Source: Candidatus Poribacteria bacterium
GTDB taxonomy: Bacteria; Poribacteria; WGA-4E; WGA-3G
DNA: 64,000 nucleotides
Reading direction: 5' to 3'
Assembly: GCA_965205015.1 (NCBI GenBank)
Contig: OZ242029.1
Location: forward strand, 704,001 to 768,000
A program made the position numbers and the translations under genes. Within the stretch, counting starts at the first letter, position 1, and each line of letters opens with the position of its first letter. The notes beneath the pieces were generated by a model. It had not been told where the DNA came from. It saw only the letters and a program-made list of their open reading frames with translations, and did not search any database. This document shows positions 18,546-28,512 of the stretch, piece by piece.

Positions 18546-19613
18546 TTAAAGATTCCCGCGTGGGTAGGATCCGAGAACACTGACGTTCCGGCACAATGCT
18601 TCAAGCTGCTCAAGTGCCACGATGACGGGTTCGTCGGTAATATGCCCCTCCATCTCCGTAAAAAAGATATATTCCCACGGTTTGGCTCGCGACGGCAAAG
18701 ATTCTAAATAACTCAGATTCAATTGCGCCTTCTCTAAAATACCCAAGGCTTGGTGTAACGCCCCAACTTTGTCCGGAATTGAGAAAAACAGTGAAGTCCG
18801 ATCGTGTCCGCTTGGATCTGGAACATGCTTTCCGATCACAAAGAAGCGAGTTGTGTTCTCAGGGTCATCCATAATGGAATTTGCGATGATTGGCACCTGA
18901 TAAATTTCGCTGGCAAGTTCACTTGCAATCGCAGCTGCTGACGGCTCTTGTGCGGCGCGTTGCGCTGCCTCAGACGTACTAATCACCTCAATCTGCTCAG
19001 CCCCACTGAGATGTTGCTTTAGCCATGCCTTACACTGCGCGAAAGGTTGCGGATGCGAGTAGACACACCGAATTTCTGCCAGCGGTGACCTTGATAAAAG
19101 GTGCTGCTTTATGGGCTGGAATGTCTCTGCACAAATCCACAACGGCGTCCGTTGGAAGCGTTCCAAAACATCACGAACGGTGCCCTGTGCCGAATTTTCA
19201 ATAGCGACTACCCCGTAGTCCGCTCTACCGGATTCAACTTCAGTAAAAATGTCAATCTGTGGGCGGATGGGAATAAATTCAGTTGATGTACCGAAATGAG
19301 AGAGAGCCGCCAAGTGCCCGAAACTCCCAATCGGACCGAGGAACGCCACCCGCTCCAGATCCTGCAAGGAACGGGATGCGGATAAAATCTCGGTCCAGAT
19401 CGTTTCAAGTGCAGCTTCAGGAAACTTGCCGCGATTTTGTGCCTTCAAACGTTCAATAATCTGCTTCTGCCGATGCGGAACATAGACCTCTGCAATGCCT
19501 GTTTCTGCTTTCATGGCACCGACCTGCGTGGAAATCTCAGCCCGCCTCTGTAGCAGTTCTAAAATTTGGTCATCAATCTCGTTAATCTGGTTCCGGTACT
19601 TTGTTAAATTCAT
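18546..19613 (-). CDS. pheA: Chorismate mutase / prephenate dehydratase
   Basis: N-terminal AroQ (RNQINEIDDQIL), FLGPIGS, IENS, SHPQ, NTTRF, ACT domain ESLPS. Confidence 0.95.
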   Translation of the reverse strand: MNLTKYRNQINEIDDQILELLQRRAEISTQVGAMKAETGIAEVYVPHRQKQIIERLKAQNRGKFPEAALETIWTEILSASRSLQDLERVAFLGPIGSFGHLAALSHFGTSTEFIPIRPQIDIFTEVESGRADYGVVAIENSAQGTVRDVLERFQRTPLWICAETFQPIKQHLLSRSPLAEIRCVYSHPQPFAQCKAWLKQHLSGAEQIEVISTSEAAQRAAQEPSAAAIASELASEIYQVPIIANSIMDDPENTTRFFVIGKHVPDPSGHDRTSLFFSIPDKVGALHQALGILEKAQLNLSYLESLPSRAKPWEYIFFTEMEGHITDEPVIVALEQLEALCRNVSVLGSYPRGNL

Positions 19614-19708
19614 TTTTAATTTCCTATAGACATGTCACCTCTACGGGGTTCAAGAGGGAATTCCTTTTAAAAACCCGGTAGGGACGACACGCCTATAGAT
19701 TTCTATCG

Positions 19709-19954
19709 TTAGGAATCCAATTTCTTCATAGCGTCAATCATTTCCTCGTCCGAGGGATTATTTTTCACCATCTCAGTGAACGCCTCAGCACTTATCTCGT
19801 GTTCCTCCAGGAACAGCTTATCCTGCGGTCACGGGTAAATATACTCACCGAGGATACCTTGCAGTTTTGCACTGGCTTTATCACTGATTCTGGCTAACCA
19901 TGGGATATCCCCAATAATCATGTCTCGGTGCCGTGGTTTCCAATCGAGAGCCAT
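19709..19954 (-). CDS. Small DUF5069-like protein, 81 aa, with in-frame TGA (putative selenocysteine, codon 42)
   Basis: Strong AGGAGGTG SD; MALDWKPRHRDMIIGDIPWLARISDKASAKLQGILGEYIYP-TGA-PQDKLFLEEHEI...; frame stays open to TAA; GTTCC-TGGA-GGAAC hairpin loop 19 nt after TGA. Confidence 0.75.
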
Positions 19955-19977
19955 CTGTTTCACCTCCTTTTTAGTTA

Positions 19978-20072
19978 TTAGCCGTCGGTTCTCGGCAGTC
20001 GGCTTTCAGCAAAGCGGTTTTCCGATGAGGTTACACCCTCTTACGAATGGCTGACCGCCGACGGCTGATGGC
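19978..20072. repeat. Heptamer-based palindromic intergenic element
   Basis: tagccgtcggttctcggcagtcggctttcagc...gctgaccgccgacggctgatggcta; similar element at 44640-44720. Confidence 0.55.
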
Positions 20073-23000
20073 TATTGAGCAAGCTGACGTAAAGTTTCCT
20101 CCAAAAGCCGCTGATACCGTCCATATTCTGTCCAATCCCCAATGCGTAGCGCATCTTGTCCCTCATTGAAATAACGGTTCGCTTGTTCAATGAGTCCTTG
20201 TTGGGAATCGGGGTTGGAAACCCCTCCTACAAGCCCGATATCAGCCGCGCCACTGTCATCAGTTGTCGTTGTGGCAGTGGTAGTCTGGAACCGTGTTCCC
20301 TGTCCAAACATCTTGACGAGTGCTTCCTCAAGACTTTCACCCCACACGACTTCGTTCCCATATCCGATGACGACCCGTCGTAATTCGGGAATAGCGGTTT
20401 TTTCATCTTCGGATTGTATATAGATAGGCTCCACATAAAGCAGAGAGTTGTTCATCGGGAGAATCAACAGATTCCCGCGTAAGACGCGAGACCCTTGCGT
20501 ATTCCAGAGGCTAATCTGCTGTGAAATCTCCGGTTCTTGGCTAATAAAGTTCTCCACCTGCATGGGTCCAGCGACCTGCTTCCCTTTCGGGAACCGGTAA
20601 ACAAGGAGCTGCCCATATTGAGGCAAGTCGCATCGGGCGGCGAGCCATGCAGTCAGATTCGGTTTGTTGAGCGGTGTGAACGGCAACATTAACATGAATT
20701 CCGATTGCTCCTGCCCCGGTAATCTGATAACGACATAATAGGGTTCAACGGGTTGCCCATTTACCCTGGAACTTTGAGGAACCTGCTGCGGTGCGAAGGG
20801 ACTCCTCGGTTGCGGAGGCGCGGCAGCCTGTCGCGTTTGGGCATCTGTATTGTCATAAAGCTCTCTGCCGATCTCCCATTTATCCTCGCCTGCGTAGAAG
20901 GTTACAGGGTCTTTCATGTGGTAATCCTGATAAACGCGGGCTTGGATAAGGAACATGGAGGTGGGATATCGGATATGCGTCTTGAGATCCGCCGGCATTT
21001 CCTCAAACGATTTGAAAAGGTCTGGGAAAATCCGTCGATAACATTCCGAGATTGGGTCCTGTTCCCGTTCCATAATGTAAAAATCGGCAGTGCCATCGTA
21101 AGCATCAACGACGACTTTAACAGCATTTCGGATGTAGTTCCCCCACGGTTCACTGTCTTGCTGGGCGTCAGCAATCTGTCGACTTCTCTCACTGACGAAT
21201 TCTCGCATTGAAACGGAATAAGGATATCGGTGTGTGATCGTATAGGCATCAACCATCCACACCAATCTACCGTTATGGAGAATGATGTAAGGATCTCCAT
21301 CGTACCGTAAGAAGGGTGCGATTTTTTGGATCCGCTTTTTGATGTTTCTCTCGTAGAGGATTCGGCTTGTGGGTGAAATTTCACCGGGTAGCACGAAGTT
21401 AATTTCGTTATCGAACTTAAGCATATATACCATTTTACGCCAGAAAGAGTTCAGTTGTACGCCGCCCTTTCCTTGATAGGCATATTCGGCGTATTGTTGC
21501 CCTTCCTGGGGATAGTCAAATTCAAGTCCTTGGCTGCGTTCCGGATGAACGATAACATAACGATCTGTGCGTTCACCATAATAGATACGGGGTCCCGGTG
21601 TCTCGCTGAACCGATGTTGCCACTGCTCGTCATAGTCAATGGGTGGCAATCCCTGAATGTACATGTTAGGTTTGCCATTATCAATTTCATTAACCGGACT
21701 CACAACCGCGCCGTAGCCGTGCGTGTAGGTATAGGTCTGCTTGTACCAGTCATTCCTAATTTCAATAGGGAGCTCGTTGATATTGAGTTCCCGCCCAGAG
21801 AGCATGACCTGCCGAATCTCACCATCAACGACATAGCGATCAATATCAACATCGTTGAAATCATATTGTGTCCGCAATTCCTGAAGTTGTCGGAAAGTTC
21901 TGCGCAAGGGTCGCCAATCCCAGAGACGGATGCTATTGAAAACAGAAGCGTTTTCGGGACTTCTTATGTCATCGTAACTGAGTTGTTCCGTCAACGGGTA
22001 TTCTTCCTCTGTCACAGTGTTCTCAGCCAAACCATAAGCTTGGAGCGTGGCTTTGATGTTGTAGTTGATATAGTCCGCCTCTAACACCTGTTTTCTGGGT
22101 TCAACCTGCCATCTCTGTATCGCGACCGGATAGACTTGTCCAAGGAATCCGGCAATCAGAAAAACAGCAAACCCTCCAAAAGCAAGGGTGTTGCGTTTTA
22201 AGAAGATACTAATGATGAAGATGATGGCACACAGAATCGTCAGTCCAACTAAGAAATACAAAATGGGGAGTCGTGCCTTCATTGCGGCGTATCCACCACC
22301 ACCGCGGACAACATCGTTTGTCGTGTAGAGCAGATCAAACATAGCAAAGCGGTAGTTCCACGCTCGGAAGAGGAGTGTCAAACCGACAAGTGTGAACAAA
22401 TGCGCTTTCACATTGAAAGGTGGACGGAACCGAAACTGGCTGGTATCTCCGGTGATGAGGCCGTGAAAAAAGTAAATGACGATCGCAAATATCGTCACTA
22501 ACATAAAGAGACCGAAAAGCGTTCCACAAACATAACGTTCCGCAGGCATCCTGAAAACGTAATAGGCGACATCCTTATCAAAGATAGGATCGCGCGCAGG
22601 AGACGTGAAGACGGCTTTCTGCCCGGGTTCAATTTGAACAGGCGTATTCAAACGGATGGCATCATTTAAAATAGCTTCAACCCGTGCATCTTGATTCGTT
22701 CCGTTTATTTGTAAACTGATCTGATCCCCGACTCTGATGTTTTTCGCCTGGAGTTCGAGTTGCGAGACAGGAATCTCGGCAGAATTGAGGCTCTCTTCCA
22801 CAACAATAGGCGTAGCCGCACGGAAAGTAAGGTTTTCAGCATTGGCATAGCGCAGATAGATCTCCCACCGGTCGCTGGCTGCATAACCCATCATGACACT
22901 AAAAAGAACCGCAAGCAGTGTGAGTGCGCCGTAAATCAGTTTTCGCGTATCACCGGGGTTTTCTGCGGCATTGCCCATGAAATCCGCGCCCCCCATAAAA

Positions 23001-23251
23001 GCGGGACTCAGATGTGCGGGTGTGAATCGATAGATTAAGGCAATGTTCGTGAGAAGGATCGCCAAATAGCAAACGCCAACAATTGCACCGACCCAGATTT
23101 TTGTTGTGAGAATTTTAGTGTAAACGCTGAGATAGTCCACTACCTGAAACCATAGGATGTCGGGATAAAGGTTAACCCAGATGGCACCTAATCCTCCAAC
23201 AACGGCGAGAACGGCGACAGTGATAATAAAGCGTTTGGTTCGTGAATCCAT
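20072..23251 (-). CDS. UPF0182 family membrane protein
   Basis: DPIFDKDVAYYVF, IRLWDWRP, YTHGYG, NYIRNAVKVVVDAYDG, GNLLILP...YVEPIY. Confidence 0.93.
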   Translation of the reverse strand: MDSRTKRFIITVAVLAVVGGLGAIWVNLYPDILWFQVVDYLSVYTKILTTKIWVGAIVGVCYLAILLTNIALIYRFTPAHLSPAFMGGADFMGNAAENPGDTRKLIYGALTLLAVLFSVMMGYAASDRWEIYLRYANAENLTFRAATPIVVEESLNSAEIPVSQLELQAKNIRVGDQISLQINGTNQDARVEAILNDAIRLNTPVQIEPGQKAVFTSPARDPIFDKDVAYYVFRMPAERYVCGTLFGLFMLVTIFAIVIYFFHGLITGDTSQFRFRPPFNVKAHLFTLVGLTLLFRAWNYRFAMFDLLYTTNDVVRGGGGYAAMKARLPILYFLVGLTILCAIIFIISIFLKRNTLAFGGFAVFLIAGFLGQVYPVAIQRWQVEPRKQVLEADYINYNIKATLQAYGLAENTVTEEEYPLTEQLSYDDIRSPENASVFNSIRLWDWRPLRRTFRQLQELRTQYDFNDVDIDRYVVDGEIRQVMLSGRELNINELPIEIRNDWYKQTYTYTHGYGAVVSPVNEIDNGKPNMYIQGLPPIDYDEQWQHRFSETPGPRIYYGERTDRYVIVHPERSQGLEFDYPQEGQQYAEYAYQGKGGVQLNSFWRKMVYMLKFDNEINFVLPGEISPTSRILYERNIKKRIQKIAPFLRYDGDPYIILHNGRLVWMVDAYTITHRYPYSVSMREFVSERSRQIADAQQDSEPWGNYIRNAVKVVVDAYDGTADFYIMEREQDPISECYRRIFPDLFKSFEEMPADLKTHIRYPTSMFLIQARVYQDYHMKDPVTFYAGEDKWEIGRELYDNTDAQTRQAAAPPQPRSPFAPQQVPQSSRVNGQPVEPYYVVIRLPGQEQSEFMLMLPFTPLNKPNLTAWLAARCDLPQYGQLLVYRFPKGKQVAGPMQVENFISQEPEISQQISLWNTQGSRVLRGNLLILPMNNSLLYVEPIYIQSEDEKTAIPELRRVVIGYGNEVVWGESLEEALVKMFGQGTRFQTTTATTTTDDSGAADIGLVGGVSNPDSQQGLIEQANRYFNEGQDALRIGDWTEYGRYQRLLEETLRQLAQ

Positions 23252-23263
23252 TTTTTAGTTATA

Positions 23264-23340
23264 CCTTGCGGTTCGATGAGGTGGGTTGAATGACCAACGC
23301 GCCTCTCCGTAGATCCGCCCTCCATTACATTACGGGCTGC
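23264..23340 (-). repeat. Dispersed leader repeat copy upstream of the UPF0182 gene
   Basis: Reverse complement gcagcccgtaatgtaatggagggcggat...ctcatcgaaccgcaagg, 12 nt before ATG. Confidence 0.7.
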
Positions 23341-23458
23341 TGATATCGATCAAGAATCTGCCCGGAAGCGGCGTGCAGCCCAAGTGCCCATAGTTTAAAA
23401 TAGTCGAAATTAACCGAGAACCTGTACGTAAGCGTGGCGGAGCCCAGGTACTCATCGT

Positions 23459-26400
23459 TTAAAAAGCTTGTCCCAGTCCGAGATGGTATTTCATACCGGG
23501 TTCCACACTCGTCAGATCCGTATGCCACGCTGCGGCGAAATCCACTGAAAACACACCGAGTTGCAAACGCAGCCCCGCCCCGATTGAGGCTTTGACATCC
23601 TCAAGGCGAATACGGTTCTTATCGCGAACAAATATCCTGAAAGGATTCTCCGGTCCATATTGCCAATCCGACCACGCCCCTCCCAAATCTGCGAAGGCGA
23701 TTCCACGTATCCCACCGATCGTCCACTGGACGGGCCACCCGAAATGCAGCACATCTATGAAGGGAATACGGACCTCGAAGTTGAGAAGTCCGATGCGTGT
23801 TCCGACCAATTCCTCATAATTATAGCCGCGTAGCGTATCAATCCCACCGAGATAAAAATAGGATCTATCCCCCCCGAAACTACCACCGATCAATAACCGC
23901 GCTGCAAAAGTAGAGCGTCTGCCGAAACCGAAATAGCGTCGGGCATCAAAAATAACATTTGTTAGCGACAATTCACTACCGAGTGCGGGGAAGGATTGCT
24001 CAAGTTCAATGCGGTACCGTGAACCTGTATAAGGTGCCCACTCCCGCCACATCGTTGTATCTCCAACAAACGCAACAGATCCCATCGTGAGCAAGCCTCT
24101 ATCGTCGTATGGATCCAAAGGCTGGCGGGTTTGGAAGTTGAAGGAGAATGGCTTCGAGTACATTGAGAACGCGAAATCAAGTCGATGGTATCTGTCAAAC
24201 GGATAATTCACATACGCGCCAAGCCCGGTAATCCGTTGTAGAATGCCGCGTCTTCTCTGGATACCCCCCAAGATATGGTACTCATGATAGTTGTAAATCA
24301 TTGCACCAACATCCGTTCGGTGGGTCAAAAAACCGTATTGTGCGATAAAATCCGGGGTCAGGTAACTGGATTGGTTCATCACGCTCACCCCGATACGATG
24401 GTTCCCTAACATATCGCTGCCGACAATTTGCACCGAACTTCTCAGGAGACCATCTGCCCCGAAACTGAAATCCGGAAAGATCGCATCTAATACAAAAGAG
24501 GATCTTGTGCTATATTTTCGCCTGGCAATTCTATAATTTTCTGGTTCTTCCTCCGTTAAAATTACAGAGGGTTCTGCCACGTTTGGCGCCTCAATTTTTT
24601 CCGCAATCGCTTTGGCAACCTCCATGATACAGACATCGTATTTCCCATTCTGGTAGGCACTAAACAGCAGATGTTTACCATCGGGAGCCAAGCTTGGATT
24701 GAAACAACCCGTCATCATATTGGTAAGGCGCGTCAATTCAATTTCTAAGGGGTTATCAGTTATCAGTTGTCGGTTGTCAGAGGGATTGTCATCAGTTCTT
24801 GGTTGGAAAGTTGGAAGGGTGGAAGAGTCGGTACCCATCCTTCCCTTCTCCCCTTCTTCCATCCGTCCATCCTCTCCTAACTGACGACTGTTAACTGACG
24901 ACTGACGACTCATTTCAAGCTTGTGTATATCGTAAATGCCCTGCCGATCTGAACAGAAAAGGATTGATTTTCCATCGGGTGTCCAACTTGGACTGATAGC
25001 GTTATAGGTGCCATCGGTCAGCACGCGTTCGGTCTCTTGGGTGCGATTTATCAGGACCAATCTATTCTTCGCGCCTCGCTCAGAGGTGTAGATGATCTCA
25101 CCCGTCACCGGATGCCACGACGGATGCGTATCGTTAAATGGGTCGAAGGTAAGCCTGTCCACTTCACCCGTCAGCAACTCGATGACATAGAGATCCGTCT
25201 GCCCTTCTTTGAGTGCAGTGAAGACGATCCGTTCACCGCTGCCATCGTAGTCGGGTGAAGTGACGTTATCAAAATCCAACTCTAAGTATTGCGTCAGTTC
25301 TTCCGTCAAAATATTGACTTCAAGGAGATAATTTGCATCGTGATGCTTAGCGATGAATGCGATCCTATCGCCGTCAGGTGCCCACGCCAGGCTTCTACCA
25401 AACCCACCGAAATCGGTTCGAATCTCCTCGTATTTCTCACGGAAGAACCGCTTGGTGACGCGTTCGATGCGTTCACCGGTTTTTGCGGACATGAGCACAA
25501 TTTCCAGAAACCCTTCATTTCCTGTGACGTAAGCGATAATATCGCCGCTTGGGGACCAGACGGGTTTAATGTTATGGGAGTACCGAGATTTCTCGGTAAG
25601 GTTCTTTGCGACCAGATCCGGCAATTCCCTGTCCTCAATAAGGGGCCAATAGCGTTTTCGGACAGTCTGTCGCCACGCCTTATCAAATTCTTCGAGTTCT
25701 ACGCCGAGTACCTCTTGGAAAACACGGTCGATGTCCTTTGTGCGGCTCTGTCGTAACCCCTGCAAAATCTCAGCAATCTTCTCTCGTCCATAAGTTTCCG
25801 TGAGATACGCCACCGCCAATTGTCCTAACTTATATCCAATGAAAGGCGAACTGAGTCGGTTGAAATTGTGAAGTTGCGGTAACGGCACGATATTGTTATT
25901 CATGCTGGCATCTCGGACGACCATCTCCCCAATCGCATCATTGTCTTCTGCAAAATAGTCCGCCATTCCCTCTATAAACCAAATTGGCGGGGAATACAGG
26001 AACTCGCCGCTATAGATGCGGGCATGCGGTTTCTGATAGATGATATCGTATTGGAAAATATGAATGAGCTCGTGAAAAATTACCTCTCGAAACGCTTCCA
26101 AGGATCCGGTGAAGGGTATAACGATCCGGTGCTTAAATAGCTCAGCGAAACCTCCAATCCCTTCGTGAAGTTCCTGGAGAATTATGTTGGTTTCCTGAAA
26201 GTCTCTATGGGATTTGTAAAGGATGAGGGGTGTCCTATCTCGCAGCTCATGTTCAAAATCTTCGCTGTGCTGTTCGTAAGCTTCTTCGGCGATAGCCGCC
26301 ATAATCGGCACGAGTTTCGCTTCACTTGGATAGTAATGGATGTCAAAATGCTCCGTCCGGTGAATGTGCCAATCGAAGCGTTGTCCAGTAATCTTGTTTT

Positions 26401-26614
26401 TCCCAAAACTCTGCGCCCATGCCACACAAGGTGATAACAAACTTAGGACAACAAGCATCAACAGGACAAACCTACTTACCCATTGTCCTATTCTACCATG
26501 GATGAAGATGGGAAGATGGGAAGATGGGAAGATGGGAGTCCGCATCCATCCATCCATCCTGCCTTCCAATTCCATCAATAAGGTTCTGTTTTTACCTTGC
26601 TTCACACCATTCAC
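23459..26614 (-). CDS. Outer-membrane protein: peptidase MA-like (HELIH) + TolB/PD40 propeller + Omp85/BamA-type beta-barrel
   Basis: HExxH..WFIEGMA; PVWSPSGD/PSWTPDG repeats; LGGIDTLRGY; C-terminal aromatic F; start 26614 or 26458. Confidence 0.8.
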   Translation of the reverse strand: MNGVKQGKNRTLLMELEGRMDGWMRTPIFPSSHLPIFIHGRIGQWVSRFVLLMLVVLSLLSPCVAWAQSFGKNKITGQRFDWHIHRTEHFDIHYYPSEAKLVPIMAAIAEEAYEQHSEDFEHELRDRTPLILYKSHRDFQETNIILQELHEGIGGFAELFKHRIVIPFTGSLEAFREVIFHELIHIFQYDIIYQKPHARIYSGEFLYSPPIWFIEGMADYFAEDNDAIGEMVVRDASMNNNIVPLPQLHNFNRLSSPFIGYKLGQLAVAYLTETYGREKIAEILQGLRQSRTKDIDRVFQEVLGVELEEFDKAWRQTVRKRYWPLIEDRELPDLVAKNLTEKSRYSHNIKPVWSPSGDIIAYVTGNEGFLEIVLMSAKTGERIERVTKRFFREKYEEIRTDFGGFGRSLAWAPDGDRIAFIAKHHDANYLLEVNILTEELTQYLELDFDNVTSPDYDGSGERIVFTALKEGQTDLYVIELLTGEVDRLTFDPFNDTHPSWHPVTGEIIYTSERGAKNRLVLINRTQETERVLTDGTYNAISPSWTPDGKSILFCSDRQGIYDIHKLEMSRQSSVNSRQLGEDGRMEEGEKGRMGTDSSTLPTFQPRTDDNPSDNRQLITDNPLEIELTRLTNMMTGCFNPSLAPDGKHLLFSAYQNGKYDVCIMEVAKAIAEKIEAPNVAEPSVILTEEEPENYRIARRKYSTRSSFVLDAIFPDFSFGADGLLRSSVQIVGSDMLGNHRIGVSVMNQSSYLTPDFIAQYGFLTHRTDVGAMIYNYHEYHILGGIQRRRGILQRITGLGAYVNYPFDRYHRLDFAFSMYSKPFSFNFQTRQPLDPYDDRGLLTMGSVAFVGDTTMWREWAPYTGSRYRIELEQSFPALGSELSLTNVIFDARRYFGFGRRSTFAARLLIGGSFGGDRSYFYLGGIDTLRGYNYEELVGTRIGLLNFEVRIPFIDVLHFGWPVQWTIGGIRGIAFADLGGAWSDWQYGPENPFRIFVRDKNRIRLEDVKASIGAGLRLQLGVFSVDFAAAWHTDLTSVEPGMKYHLGLGQAF

Positions 26615-26638
26615 CTTTTACGGGTTATCAACTGACGA

Positions 26639-27355
26639 CTAATTGACTAAATATCTATCTTCGCTCTCATAATGTGGAGAGATTTGGCGTGTAAATTCTG
26701 ATACGGCGCGTCTACCGAGTTCTCGAATCGTATTTGCTTGCGGTCCAACCTGTGAGAAAATGAACGATCCGATGGTATGCGCCTCAGCAGTGCTCCGCCG
26801 GTAAGACTCATCCCAAACCACCTGTTCGGTTTCAACATCGATAATCATGACACGGAGCGAGAGGAGATAGGTTTTCTGCATGTAATCCTGATAATCCAAG
26901 ACGTAGCGTTGTCGGCGCACGGAGTAGCGTTCTCCATAATAACGTCTTGGACGACTATCGGAATAAAATCGGAAACTCCCGATGATAACCGCCTTCACTT
27001 CAAAGTACTCACCGAGCTGACGCAAGTGCTTCGTATCCGTAAGCCACTCTTCTCCAACGGTTTCCCCCGTGAGCATTCTCGCTGTTTCTTGTGTGCTGAC
27101 GACCTCGAAATGTTTTTGGCGTGCTAAACCCCTCCGAAGTATTGAAGCGATCTCCTCGCCGACCTCTGGGGGTAACTTTTCGTTCCGCTCCGCCTGCTTT
27201 TCGCTGACAAAGGGTAACACGGCAAAGTTGGAGTAGCGGGTAATGTCGATTTCAGATTGAACCTTCACTGGAATAGAGACGCGCGTTACAGCACTGCTAC
27301 ATCCGCAAAGCGTCAATATGCCCAATAGGATCCCTATCCCTTTCGCTATCTGCAT
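26639..27355 (-). CDS. Lipoprotein, CsgG/LpoB/PelC-like fold
   Basis: Lipobox LCGC; FAVLPF; LRVMIIDVETEQVVW. Confidence 0.65.
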   Translation of the reverse strand: MQIAKGIGILLGILTLCGCSSAVTRVSIPVKVQSEIDITRYSNFAVLPFVSEKQAERNEKLPPEVGEEIASILRRGLARQKHFEVVSTQETARMLTGETVGEEWLTDTKHLRQLGEYFEVKAVIIGSFRFYSDSRPRRYYGERYSVRRQRYVLDYQDYMQKTYLLSLRVMIIDVETEQVVWDESYRRSTAEAHTIGSFIFSQVGPQANTIRELGRRAVSEFTRQISPHYESEDRYLVN

Positions 27356-27776
27356 CGTGTGTATCCTCGTCTCGTCGGTGGGGCGGTTCGTCTAACTGCG
27401 GTGCATCTTCATCGCTCCCTCCACTTCGCCGGAGGTGTATCCGGCACCGCCGATAGTTGAGTCTGTAGTATTTATTATTCGGTTCTAATTCCGCAGCGCG
27501 TTCGTAAGCGGCGATAGCCTCTTTCATGTTTCCGAGTGCCTCGTAAGCAACACCGAGGTTATTATGTGCTTTAGAATCCTCCGGATCAATACTGATCACC
27601 TGCTTCCACCGGAAAACGGCTTCATTCCAGAGTTGCGCTTGCGCCGCCTTGATTGCGAATCGATTGTAAGCTTCCGTCCGCGTAACATCCCGCGATATTA
27701 TAGCACATCCGGACAGAACCCAGCAGAAGAGAATAGCAATAGAGGCGAGTTGGCTGTATTTTAACACATTTATCAC
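27297..27776 (-). CDS. TPR lipoprotein
   Basis: Lipobox LSGC; AHNNLGVAYEALG. Confidence 0.75.
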   Translation of the reverse strand: MINVLKYSQLASIAILFCWVLSGCAIISRDVTRTEAYNRFAIKAAQAQLWNEAVFRWKQVISIDPEDSKAHNNLGVAYEALGNMKEAIAAYERAAELEPNNKYYRLNYRRCRIHLRRSGGSDEDAPQLDEPPHRRDEDTHDADSERDRDPIGHIDALRM

Positions 27777-27978
27777 CCCAAAATTTTGTGATATCGGTCT
27801 GCAAACTACCTGATATATTTTACATCGTATCTACCTTTTGCGTCAAGGGAAAAACTAAATGCCGCTGACTTTTCCTACTTTTCTCTTGAATAATATGTTA
27901 AAATATTTTACCCTATTAACCAAAATGCGATATATACGTTCCTTTCATGTAGCAAAATTGAAGTTACGGAGATTTACA

Positions 27979-28512
27979 ATGCTAAATGGGTGGGCTATCC
28001 CATTAGGGGTCCTGTGTGTTCTCTTTGTCGCTGCTGCCTTCGGGCAAGAACCTTCAGATTCACACATTATAACGGTTACGAAAGAGATAGATGTGGCGAA
28101 ACTGAACGAAAACGTGGAAGATTTGACGAAAACAGTGAAAGACTTGACGAAAACGGTCGAGAAACTGGACACAACTGTGGAGACCCTGAACACAGCTGTA
28201 GGAGAATTAAAAACAACGGTTGCGAGAATTGACGAAAGAACAAAAGGGATCTCCACCTGGCAATATGTGATTCTGGCGGGGATTTTTGGGCCGCTATTGC
28301 TGTCTGTTTACGATAGAATAAGACAAAACAGTGAGAGCAAGACTACCTCTACGCAAGTCGATCAAAGTGCAACAACTCCTGTCCAGACTTCACAGGATAA
28401 TGAGAGTGAACCTGCTTCTATCCCAACCTTGTCATCAAGGTTACCTGATGGGAAAGAAGAGTTAAAAGACTTGCTAAAATCCGATTCCTATGCCACAAAA
28501 GCGAAAGTCTAA
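27979..28512 (+). CDS. Membrane-anchored coiled-coil hypothetical protein
   Basis: Signal peptide, heptads VEDLTKT/VKDLTKT/VEKLDTT/VETLNTA/VGELKTT, ARIDERT, then a TM helix. Confidence 0.6.
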   Translation: MLNGWAIPLGVLCVLFVAAAFGQEPSDSHIITVTKEIDVAKLNENVEDLTKTVKDLTKTVEKLDTTVETLNTAVGELKTTVARIDERTKGISTWQYVILAGIFGPLLLSVYDRIRQNSESKTTSTQVDQSATTPVQTSQDNESEPASIPTLSSRLPDGKEELKDLLKSDSYATKAKV

